A stretch of 64,000 bases of DNA from Ferruginibacter sp. (GTDB lineage: Bacteria > Bacteroidota > Bacteroidia > Chitinophagales > Chitinophagaceae). The notes beneath the pieces are model-generated. The model had not been told where the DNA came from. It ran no database searches and saw only the letters and a list, made by a program, of their open reading frames with translations. A program made the translations under genes and the position numbers. This document shows, piece by piece, positions 1-12,000 of this stretch (position 1 is its first letter; each line of letters opens with the position of its first letter). The stretch lies in assembly GCA_037045295.1 (NCBI GenBank), contig JBAOHS010000008.1, positions 401,171 to 465,170 on the forward strand. Direction: 5' to 3'.

Positions 1-3000
1 TTTCCATATCGGTAAGCAATGTGGCCGATGCGCCTGTACCCAGGGTGAAGTTCTTAATGATCCTTCCACCTGCTGTTAAGAAAACCGGTGCATTGGTACC
101 GTTGATGGTTAAACTGGATGTGGCAGAACCTCTTAATGAACCGCTCGACCTAACCAGCGTATTCACTGCAAGTGTATTGCCATTGATGTTAAATGAACCT
201 GTAGTAAGCCTTAGCGTACCATTTACGGTATACGTGCTGGCTGCATTGAACAATGTAACACCCGATGTATTGGAGATCGTAAGATCATTTACGGTAGTAG
301 GTAACCCATTACCGGTATTGGTAGAACCTGTACTCAGGTAAATATAATTGGCTCCTGTGCTGAAACTGCGGGTTGTGGTAGTGATATTACCTGTACCTCC
401 GGAAGAAGTAATACCCTGGTTTGAACCCAGACTGATGGTTGCACCCGATTTCAGGTTAAATGAACCGGTACCTGAAACTACATTGGTCGCACACACCATC
501 GTTGCTCCACTGTTTACATCGAATGCTCCATTGGTAGTAATACCTGCACCCGGAGTTAAGGTTACATTAGATTTTACAGTGGTAGTACCCGAAATGGTAA
601 CAGTTCCAGTTGTGATACGATTTGCCGTACCCGAACCCGAGCTGTTGGTCAGAATCAGGTTACCATAGGTTGGCGTATTATAAATGGTTTGAGTAATCGT
701 ATTGTCTCCATCATACTCAATGGTACTTGTTGGAGAAATCGTCATGGTAGTGAATCCGCCCGGGAAATTACTACCCGGAACAACAACTCCTCTACCACTG
801 GAAGGACTTGGTATTGACTCATCATTACCCAGTATCAGTTTAGAAGTTCCATTCATGGTAAATGAACCACCCGAAACATCCCTGATCCACTGGCTAGTTG
901 CCAAATCTAATACAGATGAACCGTTGATTGTTAGGCTATTATAGAATATTATCTGGAGTATAAGTTCCGGTAACATGACGAACGATCGGGTTGTTGGTAT
1001 TTCCTACGATTACATCATAGAAATTAGAGAAGTACATGTTGTTGTTCCAGAGAACCTCCTGCAAACCGATGCCATCAAAGATAACCTGGCCAGGGCGTGT
1101 ACGAACCTGAAATTACGTTTGTACGACCCAGCAGCAGATCAGCCCTGAAAATCAATTTGCTGTTTGCGGTACCCAGGAAGATAACTTGCTTTTCCAGACC
1201 CACTGGACTGACGCATTGGTACCGATGGTAACATTGCCTTTGAAATCTACAATTCCGGCTCCTGCTGCGGAGAATTCGCCGATACCAACCCTTGAGCTAT
1301 TGACTGGCTCCGCTGCGCAAATCAATATTTGCATCCCCATTTATGGTGAGGGTATATCCTGCTGTATGCAGAATACTCAATGCGGCATTTTCTGAAGTTA
1401 AATTCAGGTTGTATACAGCAATATTTGCACTGAGCGCTATGGTCACACTCGCATTGCAACGCATTGTCAACATTGGTACAGGCAGTGGGTGCCGAACCAG
1501 ATGCCACATAAGACCCTGAACTGGTAGACCAGTTTGAAGCTGTATTAAAATCTAGTAGTAGCCGATCCGTTTGCAATTACACTACCGGTTCCAGCCCAGT
1601 AAAGTGTTGGATTAGATCCGCATGCTACGTTGGTTAAAGTAGTGGCTGACCCTGTTAAAGGAGAAGTTGTATTGTACATTGGAGATGGTACCGCAACTTC
1701 CGGTATTGTAAGCATAAACCCAATAGTAATAAGTAGTGCCCTGGAGCAAACCATTTGAACTGAAAGTACTATCCGGACCAGAGTATTCAACATAAGTACC
1801 GGCACCCAATACAGTAGACCCTACTGTATAAGTAGTACCATTTGTACGGACTTGTTGGAGCAACGTTTGTTGTTCTTCTTACTACCAGGTATTGACTTGC
1901 CGTTGCACTGGCTGAGAAATCAGCAATGAAACTGGTTACACCGATGGTAGAAAAAACCAATGAGGTTGGTTGTGTTGTAGGTGCAACAGCCGCTGAATTA
2001 ACAATAAGCGCTACATAATCTGATTCCTCTGAACCACAACTATTGGAAATTTCGCAGCTATAATCTGAAGCTGCATCACCCAACACCACACCGGTAATGG
2101 TTAGTGATGATGATGTAGCACCTGATATTGTACCTCCGTTAGAGAGTGCTACTACCATTTTTCTTCCACTGATAAACCAATGAACCACCAGTTCCTGTAA
2201 TGGTAAATGTTACAGTACCACCCACACAAGTTGTCTGATCTGTTGGTTGAACCGTAATAGCAGGCGCAGCACTGATGGTTACAACAGCGCTTCCGCTCAT
2301 ATTGGCAGAACAACCTGTTGTAGCATTGGTTGCTGCAACGGTATAGGTAGCACTGGATGTTTGTCCGCCAAAACTTATGGCCGAACCTGTTCCTGCTACT
2401 ACCGTACCTGATGGAGAAAGGGTATAATTAACACCCGATTGTGATCCGCTTAATCCAACATTAACACTGCTACATGAAGTACCACCACCGGTTACATTAT
2501 AAACGGTTGGTAAAGGATTCACGGTTAATGTAGCCGCTGTTGATGTTACAGATGTACAATTGGTTACTGAAACAACCACATCATAGTTGGCAGCATCACC
2601 GGCAACTACTGATGGAATGGTATATGAACTGGAGTTGGCCCCTGTAATGTTGGAACCATTTTTTCTCCATTGATAACCTGGTGACGAACCTGAAGCGGTT
2701 ACGCTAAAGGTTACCGACTCCCCTACGCATTTAGCCTGGGAAGCCGGATTTACTGAAATACTTGGCGCAGTACTTACTGTGATTACAGCAGAACCAGTCA
2801 TGTTCCTGGTACAACCACCTGTTAAGTGTGTTGCCACAACTGTATAGGTTCCGGCTACTAATTGTGCACCAAAGCTGATGGCAGCACCGGTGCCGGTAAC
2901 CGGAGATGCCTACCGGAGTCGCACCGCGGAATAAGCTGGTATTCAGCAGCTAGCCTGAGAATTGCTCAATCCAATTGCTGCACCCGGGCCAGTGCTACAT

Positions 3001-4995
3001 AGTAGCACCACCACCCGTAACAGCATATTGTGTTGGCTGACTTACAACTGTAAGCACAGCAACACTGGAAGTTAAGGATGCACATGAACTTACGGATATC
3101 ACTACATCAAAGTTTCCGGCATCTCCCGCTACAACTGAAGCAATGGTATAAGTAGAAGCGTTTGCTCCGCCTATATTAGTGCCATTTTTTCTCCATTGGT
3201 AAGAAGGAGATGTTCCTGCGGCCGTTACACTGAAAGTAACCGATGAACCCACACATTTAGTTTGTGAAGCAGGTTGAACGGAGATTGATGGCGCTGTATT
3301 TACTACAACCACCGCAGATCCATTCATATTTCTTGTACATCCACCTGTTAAATGAGTTGCCACTGCAGTATAAGTTCCTGCTACGGCTTGTAACCCAAAA
3401 CTCAAAGCTGCGCCTGTTCCTGTTACCGGTGAGTTCCTACAGGTGTTGCCCCGCGGTATAACTGATATTCGGATGAAGTTTGTGAATTATTTAATCCAAC
3501 TGCTACACCAGAACTGGTACTGCAAATCGTACCACCGCCGCTCATATTGAATTGTGTAGGCTGATTAACAACTGTTAATACAGCTGTTGAGGATGTTAGA
3601 TTACTGCAACCGGTAACAGAAATAACCACGTCAAAATTTCCAGCATCACCTGGATTTACAGAAGCAATGGTATATGATGAAGAAGTTGCTCCGCCTATGT
3701 TTGAACCATTTTTTCTCCACTGATAAGTAGGTGAAGTACCCGCTGCTGTAACACTGAAGGTTACACTGGATCCCTGGCATTTTGTTTGGGAAGCAGGTTG
3801 TACCGAAATGGAGGGTGCTGTATTAATCGTTACTACAGATGAACCGGTTTGTGTTCTGGTACATCCTGTTCCTGTATTGGTTGCTACAACTGTATATGTT
3901 CCGGAGACAATCTGATTGCCAAAGGCTATTGCCAGACCAAGTCCGGTAACAGGAGCACCCGTTGCCACACCATTTCTATATAGCTGATAAGATATGCCTA
4001 ATTGAGAGCCGCTTAACCCAACTGCTACGCCCGAACCGCTGCTACATGCTGTTCCGCCACCTGTCATTGTATAAGCATTGGGAGCAGCGTTTACAGTAAA
4101 AGTTCCTGCGCCATTGGCTGTTCCACCCAATGTTGTAACGGAAACGGTACCGGTTGTGCCTGAACCTACAACAGCCACGATCTGTGTGGCCGTATTACTA
4201 GTTATCGAAGAAACCGCTGTACCTCCAATGGTCACAGCAGTTGCACTGGAAAGATTCGTTCCATCAATGGTAATGGAGCTTGTAAGCGCACATCCACTGG
4301 AAGGCGAATAACCGGTAATGGTTGGTGCCGGTGGAGCTACATATGTTAATGATACATTGTCAACAGCAGGATTTGCATGCGGACTGCCACCATCGGATCT
4401 GAAGGTAAAAACCAATCTTACAGTAGTACCTGCAAGCGCTGTCAGATCTACATCCGACATGGTAGTAAATGATGCATAAGTCGTTGCCGTATTTGAAAAT
4501 ATCTGTGTATAACCTGTTCCAGGAACAGTTCCGGAAACAGGCGTATTGGATGTTGTAGTTGTATATACCCGAATGTAATCGATCCCCATTATCAGTAGTT
4601 GGCATCCTGAGATCGAACCTGAAAGTAACACTGGTTGCTCCTGTTGGAATGGCTACGTCCCTGTAGAAATGCTGCACACTACTATTATTCGCACCGTTGT
4701 AATTGGAAGCACTTCCTACATAGGCTGCTTTTGTACTTCCGCCGGCTGCAGTTCCTACCTGCCATTGACGGGTATTGCCCGGCTGTGCAGTAGACCAGTT
4801 GTTGGCTGCAAAAGTGGATGTTGCATTTTCAAAAGTACGGTCGGTATTGTTAATCAACTGAACCTGTGCCCGGGTTCCCAGAAAAAGGAAACCAAAGAAC
4901 ATAAACAGAAGAACCGACTTAAAAATTGTTGATTTCAGCAGCGGTTGATTAACCTGCAGATTGCTGGAGTCAGTTGAGGGTAATGATGTAAGCAT
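1..4995 (-). CDS. Giant secreted adhesin-like protein, running off the left edge and broken by many frameshifts. Domains: signal peptide, IPT/TIG, tandem Ig-like/SprB-like repeats, FN3-like, beta-helix/passenger-like repeats
   Basis: ORF fragments 4360-4995, 3423-4631, 2995-3405, 2139-2837, 1787-2188 and smaller pieces join into one coherent protein. The minus frame at about 1-900 reads ...SNFPGGFTTMTISPTSTIEYDGDNTITQTIYNTPTYGNLIL..., resembling the 2769-aa protein. Example break: CCCC at 4584-4587 where CCC restores D-N-G-I-D-Y-I-R-V. Confidence 0.8.
2160..4080 (-). repeat. About 3.5 intragenic tandem repeats (about 525 bp, 175 aa), each a SprB-like TGGG domain plus an Ig-like domain
   Basis: The QWRKNG/QWKKNG codons recur at about 3711, 3187, 2661 and 2160. 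APSISV(Q/N)PASQ(T/A)KC recurs three times. Confidence 0.85.
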
Positions 4996-5279
4996 TGTCT
5001 TTCGTTTTCTACAGTTATGGAACTGTATTGTTTGGATAATGGAATTAGGTAACCCGAAACACCCAAATTGGCACTACGGGCTACCAACTATAACGAAAGC
5101 CTAGTTCTTTTATTACACGCTGTAATATAAATACTACAGGAAAAAGTAAGAAATTACTTAAGTAAAAAGTCAAAAGGTAAAGATAATATAATAAAATTAT
5201 ATATAATTTCATTTTAAACAAGTTGTGAACCTTATATTGATTTTTTATTTTATATTAAATTCAAGCCAAGATATAGAGA

Positions 5280-5310
5280 TAAAAAAAGAAGGAACGTTTG
5301 TCCCTTCTTT
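5280..5310 (-). terminator. Rho-independent terminator after the 5336-11567 gene
   Basis: AAAGAAGGAAC-GTTT-GTCCCTTCTTT near-perfect inverted repeat with an adjacent A-run (U-tract on the minus strand). Confidence 0.7.
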
Positions 5311-5335
5311 ATCTGAAAATCAGCCTTTAATAAAT

Positions 5336-8300
5336 TTAAAGTACCAGCACTTTGAGAGAAGAAATGGTCTGATCTGCCCCTGTAACAACCAATTGATAGT
5401 TTCCTGCCGGAGTATTTCCTAATGGGATCGATCGTACCGATTGACCATTATTAATGCTGAATTCTGTCTTAAAGACAACCTGTCCGGCCTGGTTAATCAG
5501 TTTCAATCCATACTTACCAGCCGCAAATTGTTCGGTACGGATATGCATGATTTTTTGCTGAACCGGGTTCGGCGTAACCATCAAACCTGGAACTGATTTA
5601 ACCGGGTTAACCCTGACAATATTACTATACTGTATGGTTCCATTCTGACTGATGGCTTTGATCCGATAAAAATTAATACCGGTAAGTGGTTTTCGGTCGA
5701 TAACAGAATAACTGGCAGCTCCACCAGAATTGTGATGCGGCAATTGGCTGGTTAAAGCAATGAAGCTGGTTCCATCCCCACTCCTTTCAACTTCATATTT
5801 TACCAGGTTAATTTCGTTCTCCGATTTCCAGGTAACAACGATCTCATCAGCATTCTTTCTGCTGGCAGCAACTCTCAGTAAAAGTAACCGGCAATACCAC
5901 TGTCGGGCGGAAAACCAGGTAAAAACGATCTGCGGCGGCTGAAGCGGCATTGTCTGTTATGGTGAAATCGATAAAAGTACTATCGGTCAGACTTACCGGC
6001 GTTTCTGTTTGCAGGAAGCGGTCAATCAACCAGGCTGATGCAGTGGTGTTACCCATGTTCATCGCTTTAAAGCGGAACTGGTAGGCTTGCTTACGCAGAT
6101 TTGAAAGAGAATAGAAAACCGTATCATTTCCTGTTGGCAAACTTCTGGCCTCAATGGTAAGCATTTTATTATTGCTGCTGATACCAAAATTCTCTCCGCT
6201 ATTTGCAACTTTCAAAGCATCATCACTGGTATAAGCGTTGGTATAATCTGTATCAAAAGCTGCCACATTACCATCAGCGATTTTAGCTTCTGGTCCGGCA
6301 CCTGTAAACAGGAATGCCCTCATAAACTGCCTGTTTTCGAACCTGGCAGAGGGCTGCCTGTATAATAACTGACTTCCGGAAACCTTGGCATTTTCGGTAA
6401 AAGAAATATTACCGCCACTGCCTGGTCCGGTTGCATGAACGAGGAATGCTTGTCCGGATTCAATTCTTGTATAAGGATTACATCCGCAGTAATTACTGGT
6501 TCCTCCCGGTATCGGGTAGTAGCCATTGGCGCTGCTGATGGTTTGAAACCCACCCAATCCCCTTGTTCCTGGCAACAATGGATCCCAAACATAGAATACA
6601 TCATCAACCAGTGCACTGGATGGTTTATTGATAGAAAGAAAATCGATTGCAGATGCATATGGATTTCCGATTGATTCGAATTTATCGGCAGGCACGGTGG
6701 TTACCGGAGGCAATTCACCTGCAGTAGCAGTATATAATTTTCCTTTAGCCCTTAATACAGTAGTATTGGCAGGAGCTGAAGAAGTGATAATGGTACGATC
6801 TCCTCTAACAAAGATCATGTAGCCTTTTTTATTTTGTATTGCCTGAGTGGTCGTATTGGCTACTCCTTCCCAGTTATTGGTAACAGGATTGTACGTTTTC
6901 ATTGTTGCCCCTGATGGAGTATACACATCAAACATTGCCGGCAATGGAGAAATATTGCTTGTGATCTGTGTACCATAACCACTGTACCTGCTCTGGTTAG
7001 GAGCAGTGGCGGTATCCTGCCATGCCTGGTTGATGGTTTGAGTTCCACTGATCGGTACTGCCAGGAACTGCCATGATTTACCATGTGCAATACCGGTAGG
7101 AACAAACCTTTCAACCGTTGCGTTTCCGGTGATCGTTTTACCGGTAACGTTACCCAGCCAGGCTGTTTCAGTTGCGGTAGATTTGAAAGTAAGGTGATCT
7201 CCGGTATTGAGTTTCAAACCGGATACAGAAAAATTAAGGGAACGGTAAATATCAACCGCACCAGCAAGGCTAACTCCCGCAACACTGCTGTTACCTATTA
7301 CCAGGTTCAGACATTTGTTTTCATGGAATAAACCCGCGGGAATGGTTTGTGCATTGGTACCATTCATTTCTATAGTTGCTGCTGAAGCTTCAATGCTACC
7401 ACCTGTACGGGTAACATTTCCATTTATTTGTAAAGTAGCACCTGCAGTAAGGGTGAGCAAAGGTGCTACACCTGGTGCCGACATTGCAAGGCCATTGATT
7501 GCCTGAACATTGGTTATTTCCGGCATGAATGTATATCCACCGGTGATGCTTACATCCGTAGATCCATCAGGTACCACATTCGATTCCCAATTGGTTGCAT
7601 CCATCCAGTCGGTAGAAGTTTTACCTACCCATGATGCGGTGCCAGGAGCTACAAATTCATCACAACCGATATCAGGAGTCAAACCGTTACGGGAATGATT
7701 GTCGATATCATTCAGCACTACAGCTGTTATTGCGCCTCCTTTATCATTCAATGAAGTATTAGAAGCTGGAACAAGGTGCAGGTCGGAAGCAGAAACAAAT
7801 ACAGGCGTGATATTTACGGATGCTGCATCTTTACCAGTTGCTGTTTTCCAGGCAGCCAATGTGGTTTGAGCAGTGTTGCTGATCATACCAAATGCTTTTA
7901 CACCCGATCCGGTAGGATTGATATCGTAATTATTATTGTTCAGAACAGTAAACTGGGTATTGTTGGTAGATGCCATCAATCCGATGGTGCCATAACCCAA
8001 TGAAGCCGATCTGCCAAGATAATTTACCATCATGTTGTTCCTGATATCGGCGAATCCAGCACCCTGGATACGGATACAGGTTGAAATGGCATTGTTCTTA
8101 TTCAACGTATTGGTAAAGCCCGGTAGTACCGCCGAGGTAAATCGAATTGTGGTAAATCTGGAAACCGGATTGTGTACCCGACATTAATATACCACTTGTA
8201 TTGTTCAACGTTACAGATGCATTGGTATAGTCATCTCCATCACCCGACAGATTTGAAATCATGTTATTGGCAATGCGGATGTTTGCATTGTTCACCCCGG

Positions 8301-11300
8301 TATTTGCATAAATGCCCTGAGCGCCAAATCCTGCAGTTCCGGTATAATTGAGGTTGCTGATAATATTCTCAGTAACCACAGCATTCTTCACGTTTGCAGA
8401 TAACCAGATACCTTTATCGGCTGCATCATCTGAACCATTGAAGTTACCGATGCGATTACCCTTTACCGTTACGCCATCAAAACCCTGAATGAACAAACCA
8501 GCAAACTGAATGGCATTACCACCTGAAGTATTCAGGTCATTTGATTCGATGTATTAAACCAGTACCGCTTCCTCCGGCTACTGCATTGCAATAAATACCG
8601 TAAAATGCTTTCTGAATATTATTATTCTGTATACTGATATTGCTGAAATAACCTGCAGTATTAATGGCCGCTCCATCCGAAACAACAATTGCATTCGAGA
8701 ACGGTGTTCCATTGATTACGATACAATTCTTTAAAGTTGTATTGATTAAAGCGAACGTACTGGTTGAACCTAAAACCAATGTTCTTGCTGCCGATGTACC
8801 TAAATTGGTAATGGTCAAGATTACGGCTGCTGCTTCCGTTATTGGAACCATCGATGGTTACATAACTACCCAGCACTTTAAACAGCGCATTGCTGTTCAC
8901 CGTTCCTGAAATGGTAGCATTTACACCTGGAGCAGGCTTGATGGTTAAAGTATTCACCGCACTTGCTGCTGTATTCCTGTTGATGATAAGCGGGAATGTT
9001 TCTCCGGCGCTATAGGTTGCATCGGTAAGCAAAAAGGTTACAGGCCCTGAAATACAAACTGAATTGTATGCACTGATGGCAGCCGTAAGTGTAGCATAAT
9101 TTCCTGCAGCACCTACTGTATATGTGCCGTTCAAAGGAGCAGAAACAGTTACTGTTGTGGTAGCATTGTTTGAACAGCCGGTACCCGTATTCGTTATAAG
9201 TACATTATAGTTGGTTGTTGCAGTCATTGCATTGGCAACCGGGTTGCTGATGCTGGTACTGCTGAGGAATGTAGAAGGCGTCCATAAATAAGTGAGACTT
9301 CCTCCTGCCGGTGGATAAAATCCCCAGGCTTCTGCCGCACCGAGATTAAAGATTTGTTTGTTGCGACCTGCAGGTGTTACTGCCAGTGTTCCTGATGGAT
9401 TTTCAATCCCCATAGTTTTAGACAATGAAGTTCCATTGTCATTGATGGTAGTTGCTGCAATTTCAATATGACTATCGGACTCGTATAAACGAATTTGTCC
9501 GGTTACATTTCCTGTATTCGATGGCAAACTATAAAAGCTGATGCCATTGTATTCAATCACCATTACCCTGTTAGGTGCAACACCGTTTACAAAATACCTG
9601 ATATTGGCTCCTGCATTAACAGAAGGATCGAGGATCAGATCCTGCCAGGCCAGTGCAATGATGCTGTTTGGAGTGAGTGCGTTGGGCAATGTTTGAACCA
9701 CATTTGAGCTGCTTCCGGTATTTGTTTGCAATTGAATATATCCATTCGCAACAACATATAACTGGCTTACTGCACTGCCATAATAATTAAAAGCAAAAGG
9801 AATGCTGATGGCTGAAGAAACCGCTTCATCTGTAAAACTATTCCACAATGTGGTAGGCAGACCTTCAGGTTGAAGTACCTGGTAAGTTAATGACTGCAGT
9901 GTATAATTGTTACTGATCGCTCCGCTGTTGGCCTGGAGTTGACTGTTTTCACCTGTACAAATTGCTGAAGGCGTTGCAGTAGCTGATGCAGTTGGCAGAT
10001 CATATATAGTTACATTCGTAACAGCAGTATTGGTACAGCTGCCATTGCTGAATGTATAAGTAACAGTATAGGTTCCTGCTGTACTGGTTGATGGTGTTAT
10101 TGATCCATTAGCGAGGTTGATGGTTAAACCAGGGCCGCTGATGCTGTAGGTACCACCACCTGTACCGGTTTGTGTGATACTGATGCTGCCTGCAGTACTT
10201 TTACAATAAGAAGCTGAAGGGTAAGCTATAGTTGCAGAAGGTTTGGCATTTACTGTAATGGCAAGCGTTGATGCGGTACCGTTACCACAGAGATTACCAG
10301 GGGTAACACTCAATGTACCGCTGGTTGCACCTGCTGCAAATGCAATGATGTTCGATGCTGCTGTTGTTACAGTGGTAAAGGTAGCTCCCGAGCCGCTGTA
10401 ACTCCAGGTATAAAAACCTGCACCGGCAACCGGTGCCAGAGAATAAGTCTGGGTAGATACTTACACAAACAGATCCTGCACCACTGATAGCTCCTGCTAC
10501 CCCCGGAGAGGTAATGCATGGAGACCAGGTGAAAGTAAGTCCGCTTGAAGGATTTATTGTATTGCTGAAAGACAAAGTATTTGTATTGGCTACTGCAGCG
10601 GTAGTAGCCGACCAGTTGGTGGTGGTTGTTCTGGCGTTAAAATCTGATGAAGTTGCGCCCCTCAATCCAACCTGAACGTTTAAAGTTGTGGTACTGCTGG
10701 TTGTGCAGGTACCATAAATTACCTGGATGGTTTGCAATTGTGCCAATCCACCACCTTCATTCAGTACAATCTGGAAGTTGATGTTTTCTGCCAGATACCA
10801 GGTTGTTTCTTTTAACCTGCGTCCATTGAATTACAAACTGACGGTTGGGTGCAGTACCTCTTTCAAAAGCGTATACGCTTGAATGTGGTGTTATGCTGGT
10901 AAGTCCGGATGCAGTTGCTGCACTCGTCATTGTGATCGTTTGAAGTCCGGCATCAAAAGCCGCTACCACTGTACCATTGGTGATGCCTGTACCATGCAAT
11001 CTTGTTCCGATCTGTATATTGGCAAATGAAGTAACACCTGTAATGGTATTGCTGCCATTGGTAAGTGTACCGGAAATTATGGTAAAAGGTCTCTCTTCAA
11101 TATCTGCATTAAAACCAGCAAAGCCATTGTTGTTTCCGGTTCCATTCAGGTAAATACCGGTTGGATCTGTAACGGTTGCGAATGAACCACCAGCATAAGT
11201 TCCTGTCATGGGAATCGGGCTGCTGGTGCTGAAAGCGATCCAGCCATCCGAATCAACTCCTAATCCTGAACCAGCAGGATAATTGGTTCCATTGTAATGA

Positions 11301-11567
11301 AATGCAAAAGGCAATGTATAATTACGATACGTTGTATCATCCCAGATCACATTAAAGATATCTGCCGGTGTGTTAGAAGTACTTGAAACACCGGGCGTAT
11401 AAGTTCCCGACGATTGTGAAAATATGTAATTGGAAACCTGGGCTTCTGCTTTCGCATTGATTCCAAAAAACAAAACAATCAATGCAACCCACCTGCTGAA
11501 TGAAATGTTCAGCATCCTTAGGTGTTTGGCCAGTAGTGTTAGCGTAACGAGGTAAATTTTTCTTCAT
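5336..11567 (-). CDS. Large T9SS cargo protein (about 2070 aa if repaired) with PKD-like, right-handed beta-helix and C-terminal sorting domains; about 7 frameshifts
   Basis: Fragments 10757-11515, 10294-10746, 8661-10313, 8537-8851, 8098-8496, 5847-8105 and 5336-5950 chain into one protein ending in a T9SS CTD (VTPNPVQQK...GNYQLVV...KVLVL). The true start is probably the ATG at 11567 (MKKNLP...), with an extra G near 11516. Confidence 0.8.
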
Positions 11568-11785
11568 CTTCTGCTTATTTAAACCAGTTTTGATTAAATA
11601 AGTGTATCATAAATACACGGGGTTAACGGCATTCCGGGGGATATGAGGATGAAGGTTGAAGTTGTATATAAGTTGGCGAAAACTAAAACTTCAGAGGTAT
11701 CAATAATAATAAAGGAATGTGTACGGAAATTCTCTTAAGATAGTGGAGCTGAGAACTCACTAGGAAGGTGCTCAGGGGTTAAGTG

Positions 11786-11793
11786 CAAAACTA
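11786..11793 (-). promoter_or_regulatory. Bacteroidetes -7 promoter element TAGTTTTG
   Basis: Matches the TAnnTTTG consensus and points toward the 11567 start. Confidence 0.55.
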
Positions 11794-11929
11794 TACATTA
11801 AATCCGGATTTTTCAGCATTTTTTACCGGATATTTTAAAAAAAACTTATTTAAACCATCAAAAAAGCTGATTATTTGTCCACAACGTATGTCCCGGGATT
11901 TTATTATGCTTTTGCTGGACTTTTTTTAT

Positions 11930-11958
11930 AAAAAGAAAAAAGCGCCATTGCTGGCGCC
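11930..11958 (-). terminator. Terminator after the 2769-aa gene
   Basis: GCGCCA-TTGC-TGGCGC hairpin with an A-run on its left. Confidence 0.6.
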
Positions 11959-12000
11959 ATTTCAGTTTGGTTCGTGTGTAGGTTAGGGTAATACGGGCCC

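Noticed and set aside
1-11567. Calling the two giant genes true pseudogenes or programmed frameshift genes
   Set aside because: The breaks are mostly 1-2 nt insertions with no slippery-site pattern, and the same kind of break hits a likely essential lolC/E-type gene. Assembly error is more parsimonious.
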